A DNA stretch of 64,000 nucleotides from positions 1 through 64,000 of the forward strand of contig NIVC01003958.1 in the NCBI GenBank assembly GCA_002269645.1. Direction: 5' to 3'. Position 1 is the stretch's first letter. Every line of letters begins with the position of its first letter. Position numbers and translations under genes: made by a program. Positions 41,903-55,269 of this stretch are shown here, piece after piece. The notes beneath the pieces were generated by a model. The model saw nothing but the letters and a program-made list of their open reading frames with translations, ran no database searches and was not told the origin of the DNA. The DNA comes from Macrostomum lignano (taxonomy: Eukaryota).

Positions 41903-42439
41903 ATGACTTCTCCGCCCCCGTCTGAGGCGCCCAACACTGACGCCGCTGCAGCAGCCGCCGGATCGCGCGACTCTAGCGCCGAGCGCGCCCGCCACGTCAC
42001 CTTCTCGCCCGGCGTCCACTCGCCGCTGCCGCACCAGCACCAGCACCACCACAGGCGCCAGCAGCAGCAGCACCCGATCACGGGCCATCTGCACCCGGTC
42101 AGCCTGTTGGAACGGCCCGATTGCTCCTTCGTCATTCCCTGTCCGGTGGCGAGCGCCTGCCCGGTCCAGCGTCGCCGACTTAGCGACGATAATGAAGAAG
42201 AGGATGAAAAGGAAGAGAATGGGGCAGCTGGCGCCTCCGAGGCGGACGCTGAGCTGGCTTCGGGCGTGGATGATGCCGTGGGAGATTGCGATAGTGAAGA
42301 GGATTGCCACCAGTCCAGGATCGCTTCGCCGCCCCCTCCGACAGCGGCACCGAAGCCGTCGCTCGAGGACTGCCTCGCCATCTGCGCGCAGCTGGTGCCG
42401 CATTGGGACCGTCTGTCGGGCCTTCTATCTCTGCTTCAG
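41903..42439 (+). CDS. Probable first exon of an unknown protein (RHVTF motif, His/Gln run, acidic tract)
   Basis: 179 open codons from ATG with host-like codon usage, ending at CAG|GTTAGA. Downstream exons not resolved. Confidence 0.5.
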
Positions 42440-45400
42440 GTTAGAAGTGGTGTTGCGTGTCTCGATATTTCTGCAGCAGAAGCTGGCTTCAATAATCCAT
42501 TCAGTTATGGCTTGTGTAAGGCTCGGGCAGCCAATTCCATTCAAGCCTGGGACTAAAAAGCGAATCTTCACAGCGTTTTCGGCGTTGTGAAATTTCGGTT
42601 TTATGAAGTTTCGGTCTTGTGAAGGGTAGTGCTTTTCGGCTTTGTGAAATTTCGGTCTTATGAAAGCGACCCTCATAGACTTGGGGCAACTATTATGTCA
42701 GCGAAACTTCTGATTTTTTGTCTGCCTTTTCATCAACTTATGACGCACGTTCCCTGGCGCTGCAAGCTGCAGAAGTAATCCCCGGAGTGGGAAGGCATGG
42801 CTCTGTTAAGAAGGCAGTTTCAGCTCCCTTCGCTCCCGAGTCCATTTACTCCGATAGCGTATCGAGCAGGCCGGCAGGAGAAAGAAAAGAAATAGTGAGA
42901 GCTCGGATCCCCTGGGCGTGCTGTTCGAATCAAATCCTACTGGATTGCTAATGCCACGCAGCTTGCTGGCTCCTTTGCCTCATCATCGCGTGCACTCCGG
43001 AACAAACTCAGATCCTTGTGTTCTTTCGAGACTCCTCCAATGCTTTGGCTATTGAGAATAGTCTTGCGCTCTCACTGGATTATGCGTTGCTTAGCGCCTT
43101 TATAGCACTATCTCTAGGAATATACAGTCTGCTCAGTCTTTTTCCTGATTAGGAGCCAGTACGTTCTTCTGACCGACCCACTGACCATGCCTAACTTTTG
43201 GCTTGGCTAGTTTATTAGCCACTATTTAAGCTGCAGCAGTGTTTAAATCGCGTGATCACGTGCCATCGAGAGAGCTAGCGGGGCTGAGTAGCTGCTATTG
43301 AGCACAGGTTTTTGGAGCCATAATCTGCAGTGATTGCTTTGCTGTGTTCGTGTTTTCCTAGCTTTGCCTTCATCGCTACTTATTTTTAAATCTTCCACAC
43401 CGGAGATGAAGGGTTGATTCGCTCACGTGATCAATGTTACCTTTTCCCATCCTCGCTCCGCAAAAGTTTCCTATCTTTCATCCATCTCCCGCTAGTGAGA
43501 TTGGCTGTGTGTTTTTAATTCGGACTTCCCATTTCCGCACCGGATGGGCCGCCCGGGCCCTCCCACTTCATTCTCTTGCTGCTCAGTCGACCAGTCAGCT
43601 GTGTCCGGTGCAGCTGCTGCAGGATGGGGATCCAAGGCCCTACCGGTTGGCCCCTGATTGAAAAAGAGTTCAGCCTGCCTGACCTGGCAGCTCTTCCTGC
43701 AGCATGGCTCTAGTCTCTTTACCCCCTCCCTTGCCACCAAGCGTGTTACTGGCTCGGTCTGTCGCTTGTTATTCTCTCGTCTTCTTTTGATGTTGAATTT
43801 TTTAAGTCAGGCCGGGGTTCCCGTCCTCTGATGCGTATCAGCAGGGGTTAAAGCCTATATATTCCCTGTCACTCACAGTCTCTGGCATGGCCTGCTAGGG
43901 TTAAAACCTTTTCTCGAAAGAGCAGTTCTGTAGAGTATCGCTTAATTATCGATGAGAAAATCCTTCACTAATCTTTTTCCTTTCTTAATCCGACGACTGG
44001 CCTGTGCGAGTCCGCTGTGCCGCCTAATTGCAAGTCGTAGCAGCGCATTGCGCTTTGCATTCAATGCAAATTGACTGTTGAGTGGGAAAGGAGGCGGAGC
44101 GGGCCATGCAAATTGAATCTTGTGTGGCAGACTTTTAGGGCCAGTAATTGATTATTAGGCTTGCTAAATTGGCCGGTCATGTAGCTGCAGTGCTGCATCT
44201 CTCCCTTCTATGCATCTATGGCAAGGCATGCAGACCTAAGTATACGCGGGTATGGATGTGGGAGAATGAAGTGCAACTGTGTGCGGCTCTACTCGGGAAA
44301 GGGGCTTAACGGTTGTTCGTCCCTTTCGATGGGAAGGAAAGACGAGGCTTTCCTGCACCGGATCTCTGGTTGTTTTTGGACAGCACAGCTGCTCTGAAAA
44401 TTTATTTCAGTCCTACGACTTGCCTGCACTGTCTGCTTCGCTTTTTTGCTTCTAGAATCTTGATTAATCTTGATTCCTTCTTTCCCAGCTTTACCTATCA
44501 GATATAAGCATCTGGTAGTGTCACCTGCCTTTGCTTAAAATAGTCTGCATGCTAGTCTACTTATCTCTGATAACATCTGCCCGGTAATTATACGGCAGCA
44601 TTTTCCTGTCGCCCTGAGGTCACCTGTTCATGCAGGCTAATGATGCAGCACGGGCATGCGCTGCGGCTCTTGCAGCTTCTGGCGTCGAGGCCTTTCAATG
44701 TCCAGCCATTTTTCATCGCCTGTAAGTCCCGCGCCCTCATGCTTGCACAGTTTGAGAAGCTCAGAAACTGCCCGAGCAGATTTAAGGGTATACAGGTATT
44801 CTACACACCGTTCAAGTCTGATTTTTATTATTTGGATAACGGCTCAAAGAAAAGGGGCATTGATGTAGGACAAGATTCTAAACTTAAGAATTGCTCGAGT
44901 CTTGTCGTTTTTGGCAAAAAATCCTGCAATTCTTGGCAGCCAGAGTAATTTTTAGCGCAGTTGGCTGAGCAAATTTTATTGTAGAGCCACCTCCGTCACT
45001 GACCGCAAATTCATTGGAGCTCACAGATAGGCCTGGTTATAAATGCTCTTAGCATCCTCTTTAGATTTTCCAGCTAATCTCCGGTCTTAGTCTGAGTCCT
45101 AGGTTCTTGAAGCAATCTAGCGGATTTGCCTAGTTTACTGGAAGATATAGACTACTCCCATCTAATTGTGTAGCTTGTTCATTACTGTTGAATTATTACT
45201 GTTGTCTGTCATTATTTAGCTATTGTTAAAAAAATTGTTCTTTATGTGTTGTTCATTGGCAGTTAATTTTTGTTGCCCACCGCCGTCATTTGTGTTTTTT
45301 GCCGTCACCAAAAGTGCACGCTGAGCTTTTAGTATAGCGGAAACTGCGAATTGATGAAGTGCCTTATAAATTATATAATCTAATTAGCATAAGCTGCGCA

Positions 45401-45599
45401 GTGAGGCTGCGGATTTGCCTAATTGGCTAAATAAATTACCTGTCAAGGTATCGGTTAGCGTGGCCCAGGATCCTCTTTAGATTTTAGCTGTGTTTATCGA
45501 TGCGCGCACTGCGGGATCGGTTAGGGCATTCAGAACTGATGAAGTGGGGTCCCAAACTCACTACTCTGCTCCCCCTATTGCAGCAGCAGCAGCAGCGGC

Positions 45600-45704
45600 A
45601 TGCCCCGAGGTGAAACCCGAAAGCGCTCCCTGCCGCCCATCGCCGAGCACGAGGCGGCGGGGCCCGGCGCTGCTAAAGTCGGCAAAATGGCCGACCAGCC
45701 TGTC
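45600..45704 (+). CDS. Probable first exon of the peroxiredoxin gene (MPRGETRKRS...ADQPV)
   Basis: ATG, 35 codons, GTAAGT donor, phase 0 compatible with the acceptor at 48600. Confidence 0.55.
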
Positions 45705-46379
45705 GTAAGTGCGGCAAGCCTTAGGGAGAGAGTGGGGATGAGGAGGGAGCAGCTCGGTTCCGCTTAAGCGCTGGTCCTGCGGCGGCGGCGGCGGCACTTT
45801 TTCTGCTTTTTTTATCTCCTGCACGCGCAGCCTGCAGCGCAACTGCCGGAGCAGCTGCTGAATCTAATTTCCTCCCACCAGTTCCCCGGCCTCCCCAACC
45901 TGCTGCTCAGACTCGGCGCCCCGGCTAGGGCGGGGGGATTATCGGGCGCGCGTGACTCGGCAGGCTTGAATTATTTTTTCCTCTGCCTTTTTGCCAAGCG
46001 TTGAGTTTTGTTTGCATCTGCTGTTTTAATCCAGTGTTGCTGGGAGAGTTTGTATCAAGTGAAGCAGCAAGTTGGCGGGACAGGAGCCCTTTTGTCCTTT
46101 GCCGCCTAAGTGTCTGCTTGGCCGGGGGGAGGGGAGGGGGCTGCACGAACTTGTCTAAGGGACATCTCGTATCAAAGATCGGTTCTGCTTCTCACTTAAA
46201 ATTTATATTCTGTTCTGCATTTACTCTATAACTCTAACTGGAATCTTTTGTGCTTTCAATCAATTACTCTAATTTAAAAAGTAAGCTGGCCTTCGTCAAG
46301 GCCTAGCCATCTCCATCTGTTTGGTCTTTTATCTAAGACTAAGAAATTTTCTGATCTAACACTGTTTCGATCCGATTCC

Positions 46380-47620
46380 CTGTTTTTAGATCTGATCCCG
46401 TCTTCTAGATCTGATCCCCTCTTCTAGATCTGATCCCGTCTTCTAGATCTGATCCCGTCTTCTAGATCTGATCCCGTCTTCTAGATCTGATCCCGTCTTC
46501 TAGATCTGATCCCGTCTTCTAGATCTGATCCCGTCTTCTAGATCCGATCCCGTCTTCTAGATCTGATCCCGTCTTCTAGATCTGATCCCGTCTTCTAGAT
46601 CCGATCCCCTCTTCTAGATCCGATCCCGTCTTCTGGATCTGATCCCGTCTTCTAGATCTGATCCCGTCTTCTAGATCTGATCCCGTCTTCTAGATCTGAT
46701 TCCCTCTTCTAGATCCGATCCCGTCTTCTAGATCTGATCCCGTCTTCTAGATCCGATCCCGTCTTCTAGATCTGATCCCGTCTTCTAGATCTGATCCCGT
46801 CTTCTAGATCCGATCCCCTCTTCTAGATCCGATCCCGTCTTCTGGATCTGATCCCGTCTTCTAGATCTGATCCCGTCTTCTAGATCTGATCCCGTCTTCT
46901 AGATCTGATCCCCTCTTCTAGATCCGATCCCCTCTTCTAGATCTGATCCCCTCTTCTAGATCTGATCCCGTCTTCTAGATCTGATCCCCTCTTCTAGATC
47001 TGATCCCCTCTTCTAGATCCGATCCCGTCTTCTGGATATAACCTCTTTTAGATTTGATCCCTTTTTCTAGATCCGATCCCGTCTTCTAGATCTGATCCTC
47101 TCATCTAGTTCTGATCCCGTCTTCTAGATCTGATCCCCTTTTCTAGATCTGATCCCCTTTTCTAGATCTGATCCCCTCTTCTAGATCTGATCCCCTCTTC
47201 TAGATCTGATCCCGTCTTCTAGATCCGATCCCGTCTTCTAGATCTGATCCCATCTTCTAGATCTGATCCCCTCTTCTAGATCTGATCCCCTCTTCTAGAT
47301 CTGACCCCGTCTTCTAGATCTGATCCCGTCTTCTAGATCTGATCCCATCTTCTAGATCTGATCCCCTCTTCTAGATCTGATCCCCTCTTCTAGATCTGAT
47401 CCCCTCTTCTAGATCTGATCCCGTCTTCTAGATCCGATCCCGTCTTCTAGATCTGATCCCATCTTCTAGATCTGATCCCCTCTTCTAGATCTGATCCCCT
47501 CTTCTAGATCTGATCCCGTCTTCTAGATCTGATCCCCTCTTCTAGATCTGATCCCATCTTCTAGATCTGATCCCGTCTTCTAGATCTGATTCCCTCTTAT
47601 AGATCTGGCTCTACCGGTAT
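46380..47620. repeat. 19-bp minisatellite CTAGATCTGATCCC(G/C)TCTT, about 65 copies
   Basis: Direct reading. Confidence 0.95.
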
Positions 47621-48099
47621 ATCTTCTAGACCTTATCCTCTTATCCTCTTAAGACCTGATTCCCTCTTCTAGATCCGACCGTATCGCCTGGAGCAGATAC
47701 AGGTTCTCACCGTATCTGGCCTTCAGATCTGACCAAAATTTAGCGTAATTTATGGCAATATCTGTTTCGAATTATTATCGAGGCAAATTTTTCGGGAGAG
47801 AGAAAATCTTATCTACCATTCAAAAGGCTTTTATTATGCCTTTTGGCGCTAAATCAGCCAATGTCAGCGCCTTAGCTTCTGTGCGAGACTGATAAAGGAG
47901 TTGCAGTTTAAATCAGTGCAGGATTGCCGATTCATTAAACTCATTTTAGAGCAGTTCAGGATAGCGGCTATATGGACTTTTACCGTGTTTACTAGAGGCC
48001 TGACCTAACTTGTGATTTTGTTTTGCTAATTGCGAACTTCATTGACATAGACCACATGGCTATATAGTCTGACACATTTCACAATTGTTTTCTCTGTCC

Positions 48100-48540
48100 G
48101 GTCTTTGTTCTCTGACCGATCCCGCTCTTTGTTCTCTGACTGATCCCGCTCTTTGTTCTCTGACCGATCCCGCTCTTTGTTCTCTGACCGATCCCGCTCT
48201 TTGTTCTCTGACCGATCCCGCTCTTTGTTCTCTGACCGATCCCGCTCTTTGTTCTCTGACCGATCCCGCTCTTTGTTCTCTGACCGATCCCGCTCTTTGT
48301 TCTCTGACCAATCCCGCTCTTTGTTCTCTGACCGATCCCGCTCTTTGTTCTCTGACCAATCCCGCTCTTTGTTCTCTGATCGATCCCTCTCTTTGTTCTC
48401 TGACCAATCCCGCTCTTTGTTCTCTGATCGATCCCGCTCTTTGTTCTCTGACCGATCCCGCAGTTTGTTCTCTGACCAATCCCGCTCTTTGTTCTCTGAC
48501 CGATCCCGCTCTTTGTTTTATGACCGATCCCGCTCTTTGT
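48100..48540. repeat. 24-bp minisatellite CTTTGTTCTCTGACCGATCCCGCT, about 18 copies
   Basis: Direct reading; 8-aa periodic ORFs. Confidence 0.95.
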
Positions 48541-48600
48541 CCTTTATCAAGCTAGTGAATTCAAAATCTATAACAGAACTTTGGAAATTCCGCGTTGCAG

Positions 48601-49194
48601 GGCGGGGAGCCGCAGCAGTCGCTGCAGCCGGGCTCCGCTGCCCCGAGCTTCACCTGTAAGGCTCTCCTGCCTGACCAGAGCTTTGGAGACGTCCGGCTGA
48701 GCGACTACTCGGGAAAGTACGTTGTGCTCTTTTTCTACCCGGCCGACTTCACCTTCGTGTGTCCGACCGAGATCGTGGCCTTCTCGGACCGGGCCGAGGA
48801 GTTCCGGAGGATCAACTGCGAGCTGCTGGCCTGCAGCACCGACTCGCACTTTGTGCACCTGGCCTGGACCAACACGCCGCGCCAGGACGGCGGCCTCGGC
48901 CGCGTCAGCATGCCGCTGCTGGCCGACCGCTCCCAGGCCGTCAGCCGCGCTTACGGCGTCCTCAAAGCCGATGAGGGCGTCGCCTACCGCGGCCTCTTCA
49001 TCATCAGCGACCGCGGCCTGATCCGCCAGGTGACCATCAACGACCTGCCTGTTGGTCGCTCGGTTGACGAGACGCTCCGCCTGGTGCAGGCCTTCCAGCA
49101 CGCCGACAAGCACGGCGAGGTCTGCCCTGCCGGCTGGCGGCCCGGCGACCGAGCGATGAAGCCGGACCCCAGCCTCAGCAAGGAGTACTTTCAG
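48601..49194 (+). CDS. PRDX: Typical 2-Cys peroxiredoxin (Prx1/AhpC class), core exon
   Basis: [14 protein letters not shown] (peroxidatic Cys), [18 protein letters not shown] (resolving Cys), EYF. GCAG acceptor and CAG|GTGCGG donor. Confidence 0.95.
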
Positions 49195-49299
49195 GTGCGG
49201 CGGGTGCTATGGGGAATCTCGCTGATGGAGGGCGACTAACGAAATCTTGGCTGTTTTATCTGTAGGAAATTCTGAAAATACTGTTCCACAATTGAGTCT

Positions 49300-49465
49300 G
49301 AGCACTTGAGTCTTAATACTTGAGTCTGAGTACTTGAGTCTGAGTACTTTAGTCTGAGCACTTGAGTCTGAGTCCTTGAGTCTGAGTACTTGAGTCTGAG
49401 TACTCGGTTCTGAACACTTGAGTGTAAGCACTTGCTTGAGTCTGATTACTTGAGTCTGAGTACAT
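49300..49465. repeat. Degenerate 14-bp repeat CTTGAGTCTGAGTA
   Basis: Direct reading. Confidence 0.8.
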
Positions 49466-49781
49466 TCTTCAGTTGATTTCTTGCTAATCGTCAGCTTAAA
49501 GATCGGTCCTAAGCTTTCCTTAGAGAGCAGCTTACGAGTACATGTTAAGAGAAATAGCAAATTGTTCTCATTTAGCTGGCCAACGTCACGACAGCATTTT
49601 TGCGCTCACCTCAACAGAATTCATCAGAGTTATGAAAGCGCCGGATTATTCATGTGCGTCCACAGAGAGCTTGCCTAAATCTCCTCACCCTGTAATCCCT
49701 CTCGCCTGCCCTGAGTTCGAATCCTCTACACCCTACATCAACTCAAAGCCGCCGCATTGAAATTGTCGCCTTGGCATTCAG

Positions 49782-50084
49782 CCAGATGGCGGCGGCGGGC
49801 CGCAGCCGCCCGACAGCCCGCCCGCTGCCGTTGCCGCACCAGAAGGCGCCGCCGCCGCTCCTCCCGAAGGCGACAAGGCGGCTTCGTCATCCCAGCCGGA
49901 ACCGGAAGTGAAGCCTGCCGGGTCTCGGATTTTCCCCTGGCTGGACGAGAAGGCCTACAAGGCGCACGCCTTCGCCCCCGCCCGGCTGCTCCTGCTGGAA
50001 GAGGCGGCACTGAGCTGCTCCGCTCATGGTTGGGGTCTCCGTGCTCAGTTGTCCGTTATTGCCGTTGCTCTTTCTGTTGGCTAA
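49782..50084 (+). CDS. Probable last peroxiredoxin exon: Pro/Ala-rich extension
   Basis: TTCAG acceptor, phase 0, 100 open codons with GC3 bias (PDGGGGPQPP...RIFPWLDEKAYKAH...VIAVALSVG stop). Confidence 0.5.
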   Translation, partial: PDGGGGPQPPDSPPAAVAAPEGAAAAPPEGDKAASSSQPEPEVKPAGSRIFPWLDEKAYKAHAFAPARLLLLEEAALSCSAHGWGLRAQLSVIAVALSVG

Positions 50085-50165
50085 TAGAAATTTGTGATTG
50101 TTCTCTTGGGTCTCGTTGGGGTTTTTAATGTTGCTCAAAGTGCATTGAAGCTGGTTAAACATGAG

Positions 50166-51222
50166 CATGAGACACCTGGTTAGACATGACCATGAGACAC
50201 CTGGTTAGACATGACCATGAGACACCTGGTTAGACATGACCTTGAGACACCTGGCTAGACATGACCTTGAGACACCCAGTTAGACATGACCTTGAGACAC
50301 CTGGTTAGACAGGACCTTGAGACACCCAGTTAGACATGACCTTGAGACACCTGGTTAAGCATGACCATGAGACACCTGGTTAGACATGACCATGTGACAC
50401 CCAGTTAGACATGACCTTGAGACACCTGGCTAGACATGACCTTGAGACACCTGGTTAGACATGACCTTGAGACACCTGGTTAGGCATGACCATGAGACAC
50501 CTGGTTAGACATGACCTTGAGACACCTGGCTAGACATGACCTTGAGACACCCAGTTAGACATGACCTTGAGACACCTGGTTAGACATGACCTTGAGACAC
50601 CTAGTTAGACATGACCTTGAGACACCTGGTTAGACATGACCATGAGACACCTGGTTAGACATGACCATGTGACACCCAGTTAGACATGACCTTGAGACAC
50701 CTGGCTAGACATGACCTTGAGACACCCAGTTAGACATGACCTTGAGACACCTGGTTAGACATGACCTTGAGACACCTGGCTAGACATGACCATGTGACAC
50801 CTAGTTAGACATGACCTTGAGACACCTGGTTAGACATGACCATGAGACACCTGGTTAGACATGACCATGTGACACCTGGTTAGACATGACCATGAGACAC
50901 CTAGTTAGACATGACCTTGAGACACCTGGTTAGACATGACCATGAGACACCTGGTTAGACATGACCATGAGACACCTGGTTAGACATGACCATGAGACAC
51001 CCAGTTAGACATCACCTTGAGACACCCAGTTAGACATGACCATGAGACACCCAGTTAGACATCACCTTGAGACACCTGGTTAGACATGACCATGAGACAC
51101 CCAGTTAGACATCACCTTGAGACACCTAGTTAGACATGACCATGAGACACCTGGTTAGACATGACCATGAGACACCTGGTTAGACATGACCTTGAGACAC
51201 CTGGCTAGACATGGCCATGAGG
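50166..51222. repeat. 25-bp minisatellite C(A/T)TGAGACACCTGGTTAGACATGAC, about 42 copies
   Basis: Direct reading. Confidence 0.95.
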
Positions 51223-51689
51223 ACACCAGCTTAGTTATAAAAAACAGTTAGTGTGCTGAATTGGTGTTTTTACATTTATTTACATTGCACCTGTTACATT
51301 AAAAGTTGTGGTTGGCAATTGTATTAGAGCCCATGCCCGCAGCTCAGTAGTCGCAATGCCTCTCCCTCCGCCCCTCTGACTGTTTCAGTCCATCTGAGCG
51401 AGCCAAGCTGACAGCCGCGGCCCGCTGGGATTCCCCAGGCCAGCCTGCGAGCTACCCAGACTTTCACGTCGGTATCCCAACATTTGCGCTTCGCAACATT
51501 TTTTAAGTCAACTCTTTTTTAATGTCTATTACTTTATCATCTGTTCGAATGTGAGCACTTTAATCCTTGTCGTCCTCACCTGAGGGGCTAGTTGTGCAAT
51601 AATAGTTTGTCGAGCCCCCATTGCAACACTGTCTCAAAAATCGGCCTCCTGCTTATTCATTAAGTTCGTAGCTTAGTTAGACACTGACG

Positions 51690-52030
51690 CAGTTGCTATG
51701 CAGTTGCTATGCAGTTTCTATGCGGTTGCTACGCTCTTGCTATGTAGTTGCTACGCAGTTGCTACGCAGTTGCTACCCAGTTGCTACGCAGTTGCTATGC
51801 AGTTGCTATGCAGTTTCTATGCGGTTGCTACGCTCTTGCTATGTAGTTGCTACGCAGTTGCTACGCAGTTGCTACCCAGTTGCTACGCAGTTGCTATGCA
51901 GTTGCTACGCAGGTGGTACGTAGTTTCTATGCGGTTGCTACGCGGGTTGCTCTGCCGTCGCAATATAGTTTCTACATAGTTACTATGCAGTTGTCACATA
52001 AAGGTCACGCAGTTGCTATGCAGTTGCTAA
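51690..52030. repeat. Degenerate 11-bp repeat GTTGCTA(C/T)GCA
   Basis: Direct reading. Confidence 0.85.
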
Positions 52031-52679
52031 GCGGATAGTAAGCAGTTGCTACACGCCGAACCTAAGATGTGCAATGGCCCCACCAGCCCCAGCCCCAATT
52101 TTTTTACTTGTTTTCGTTGTCTCAAGCAGGCACACTTTTACTTTAGCCTAGGCATTTGTTATTTTATTTTCTACGGTAAGGCTTCGCCACTGCCAAGCAG
52201 TTTGCAACAGTCCCATGATTGGCAGCTTTTCAATGTTTATCGCCCAGCTGCAGTTCGCAATTGCCTGTGCTTCATCATCATCATTTGTTCTGTTCAAATC
52301 GCTATTATTAATTGTTGTCACTTTTTCCCCATCAATTTGTCACCCCCTGAGGCGCCTCGGATCAACCAGCGAGTTTTTCATCTCCCAACTTTTCATTCCC
52401 TCCCAGATACTTCAGTGAATTGATTGCGCAATTCAGCGCCTCAACTATTTGAATATTTTGTCTCATTGTTGTCTCCCAGCCAGCTTCCGACCGCTTCAGT
52501 TTCTATTCTTTATAGCTACAATGGTATTTCAGCAAATACAGACGAATCAGCCACGAATCGACAATCCCGAAGTATTTTACGTTTCAGAAATTGACGGCTT
52601 GTACTTTTCATTTTCTATTTTGTAGATTAGCTATGAGATTAACTCATTGTTCGGGTACTTGTTTTGCTATGTGGGGATT

Positions 52680-53510
52680 CAGTGAGCTCCCATCCCCTCC
52701 CTGATCCTTCAGTGAGCTCCCCCCATGATCCTTCAGTGAGCTCCCCCCTGATCCTTCAGTGAGCTCCCTCCCTGATCCTTCAGTGAGCTCCCTCCCTGAT
52801 CCTTCAGTGAGCTCCCCCCTGATCCTTCAGTGAGCTCCCTCCCTGATCCTTCAGTGAGCTCCCTCCCTGATCCTTCAGTGAGCTCCCTCCCTGATCCTTC
52901 AGTGAGCTCCCTCCCTGATCCTTCAGTGAGCTCCCTCCCTGATCCTTCAGTGAGCTCCCTCCCTGATCCTTCAGTGAGCTCCCTCCCTGATCCTTCAGTG
53001 AGCTCCCTCCCTGATCCTTCAGTGAGCTCTCTCCCTAAACAGTGAGCTGAGTCCCTGCTGATCCTTCAGTGAGCTCCCTCCCTGATCCTTCAGTGAGCTC
53101 CCCCCATGATCCTTCAGTGAGCTCCCTCCCTGATCCTTCTGTGAGCTCCCCCATGATCCTTCAGTGAGCTCCCTCCCTGATCCTTCAGTGAGCTCCCTCC
53201 CTGATCCTTCAGTGAGCTCCCCCCATGATCCTTCAGTGAGCTCCCTCCCTGATCCTTCAGTGAGCTCCCTCCCTGATCCTTCAGTGAGCTCCCTCCCTGA
53301 TCCTTCAGTGAGCTCCCTCCCTGATCCTTCAGTGAGCTCCCTCCCTGATCCTTCAGTGAGCTCCCTCCCTGATCCTTCCGTGAGCTCTCTCCCTAAACAG
53401 TGAGCTGAGTCCCTGCTGATCCTTTAGTGAGCTCCCTCCCTAAACAGTGAGCTGAGTCCCTGATCCTTCAGTAAGCTCCCTTCCTGATCCTTCCGTGAGC
53501 TCCCAGCCAC
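52680..53510. repeat. 24-bp minisatellite GATCCTTCAGTGAGCTCCCTCCCT
   Basis: Direct reading; 8-aa periodic ORFs. Confidence 0.95.
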
Positions 53511-54044
53511 TCCCTGAATTCCCGATGGCAATGATGAGGCAGTGATGCAGCTGGAATAGTTTTAGTCAGCGGCTTCAACTGCTTTGGCGAGGCTTTCAAC
53601 CATTGCAAACTGCTCGGCTAAGACTCGAGTACCTGAGCTGCTATCAGATTAAACTGCAACTGACTATTTCGAGGCTGGCGATGATTTATGCCAGCTTGAG
53701 CAGCACTGAGTGGCTTCTTCTTAAGCAGCTCCGATAAGGTTTGCTGCATCTCTCGATAAAAAAGCTTTGCCCACACAGCGTAATACTCGTAAATCAATTT
53801 TTGTTCAGAGTTCAGACGCTGCATAGGAACAGAACTTTTATTGTACTAGTGAGGTCACGCTCCCAAGCTAGGTTTAAGGTCTTCATCTGGGGCATCTGGG
53901 TTCTGCTGATTAAGCAGATGAAGCTGAAATACGAGTAGCTTGCCCCGTGTATCACAAAAAAATTAATAAATTGCCATCATGCTACTTATCTGCATTGGAG
54001 CGTAGTAGTAGAGATAATCAATTTGCTTTTCTCTAGAACCTTCA

Positions 54045-55225
54045 CTGGGTTCTCATTCCCTCTCTGATCCCTTACTGGGTTTTTATTCCCTCTCTGATCC
54101 CTTACTGGGTTTTTATTCCCTCTCTGATCCCACTGGGTTTTTATTCCCTCCCTGATCCTCACTGGGTTCTCATTCCCTCCCTTGATCCTCACGGGGTTCT
54201 CATTCCCTCCTTTGATGCTCACTGGGTTCTCATTCCCTCCCTGATCCCTCACTGGATTCTCATTCCCTCCATGATCCCTCACTGGATTCTCATTCCCTCC
54301 CTCATCCCTCACTGGATTCTCATTCCCTCCCTTGATCCTCACTGGATTCTCATTCCCTCCCTGATCCCTCACTGGATTCTCATTCCCTCCCTCATCCCTC
54401 ACTGGATTCTCATTCCCTCCCTCATCCCTCACTGGATTCTCATTCCCTCCCTCACCCCTCACTGGATTCTCATTCCCTCCCTCATCCCTCACTGGGTTCT
54501 CATTCCCTCCCTCATCCCTCACTGGGTTCTCATTCCCTCCCTCATCCCTCACTGGGTTCTCATTCCCTCCCTCATCCCTCACTGGATTCTCATTCCCTCC
54601 CTCATCCCTCACTGGGTTTCATTCCCTCCCTCATCCCTCACTGGGTTCTCATTCCCTCCTTCATCCCTCACTGGGTTCTCATTCCCTCCCTCATCCCTCA
54701 CTGGGTTCTCATTCCCTCCCTCATCCCTCACTGGATTCTCATTCCCTCCCTCATCCCTCACTGGGTTCTCATTCCCTCCCTCATCCCTCACTGGATTCTC
54801 ATTCCCTCCCTCATCCCTCACTGGGTTTTCATTCCCTCCCTCATCCCTCACTGGGTTCTCATTCCCTCCTCATCCCTCACTGGGTTCTCATTCCCTCCCT
54901 CATCCCTCACTGGGTTCTCATTCCCTCCCTCATCCCTCACTGGGTTCTCATTCCCTCCCTTGATCCTCACTGGATTCTCATTCCCTCCCTTGATCCTCAC
55001 TGGATTCTCATTCCCTCCCTTGATCCTCACTGGATTCTCATCCCTCCCTGATCCTCACTGGATTCTCATTCCCTCCCTTGATCCTCACTGGTTCTCATTC
55101 CCTCCCTTGATCCTCACTGGATTCTCATTCCCTCCCTTGATCCTCACTGGGTTCTCATTCCCTCCTTTGATCCTCACTGGGCTCTCATTCCCTCACTGAT
55201 TCCTCACTGGGCTCTCATTCCTTCA
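54045..55225. repeat. About 30-bp minisatellite CACTGG(A/G)TTCTCATTCCCTCCCTCATCCCT
   Basis: Direct reading; 10-aa periodic ORFs. Confidence 0.95.
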
Positions 55226-55269
55226 TTCATCCTTCGGTGTTCAGCCACCCTTATATCCTTTAGTATTCC

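Noticed and set aside
43624-43713. MGIQGPTGWPLI, similar to the cytochrome P450 proline-rich hinge
   Set aside because: No preceding membrane anchor, a stop after 29 codons and no other P450 motifs.
53618-53824. Minus-strand ORF MQRLNSEQKLIYEYY...
   Set aside because: Short, no recognisable motif, lacks the host GC3 bias.
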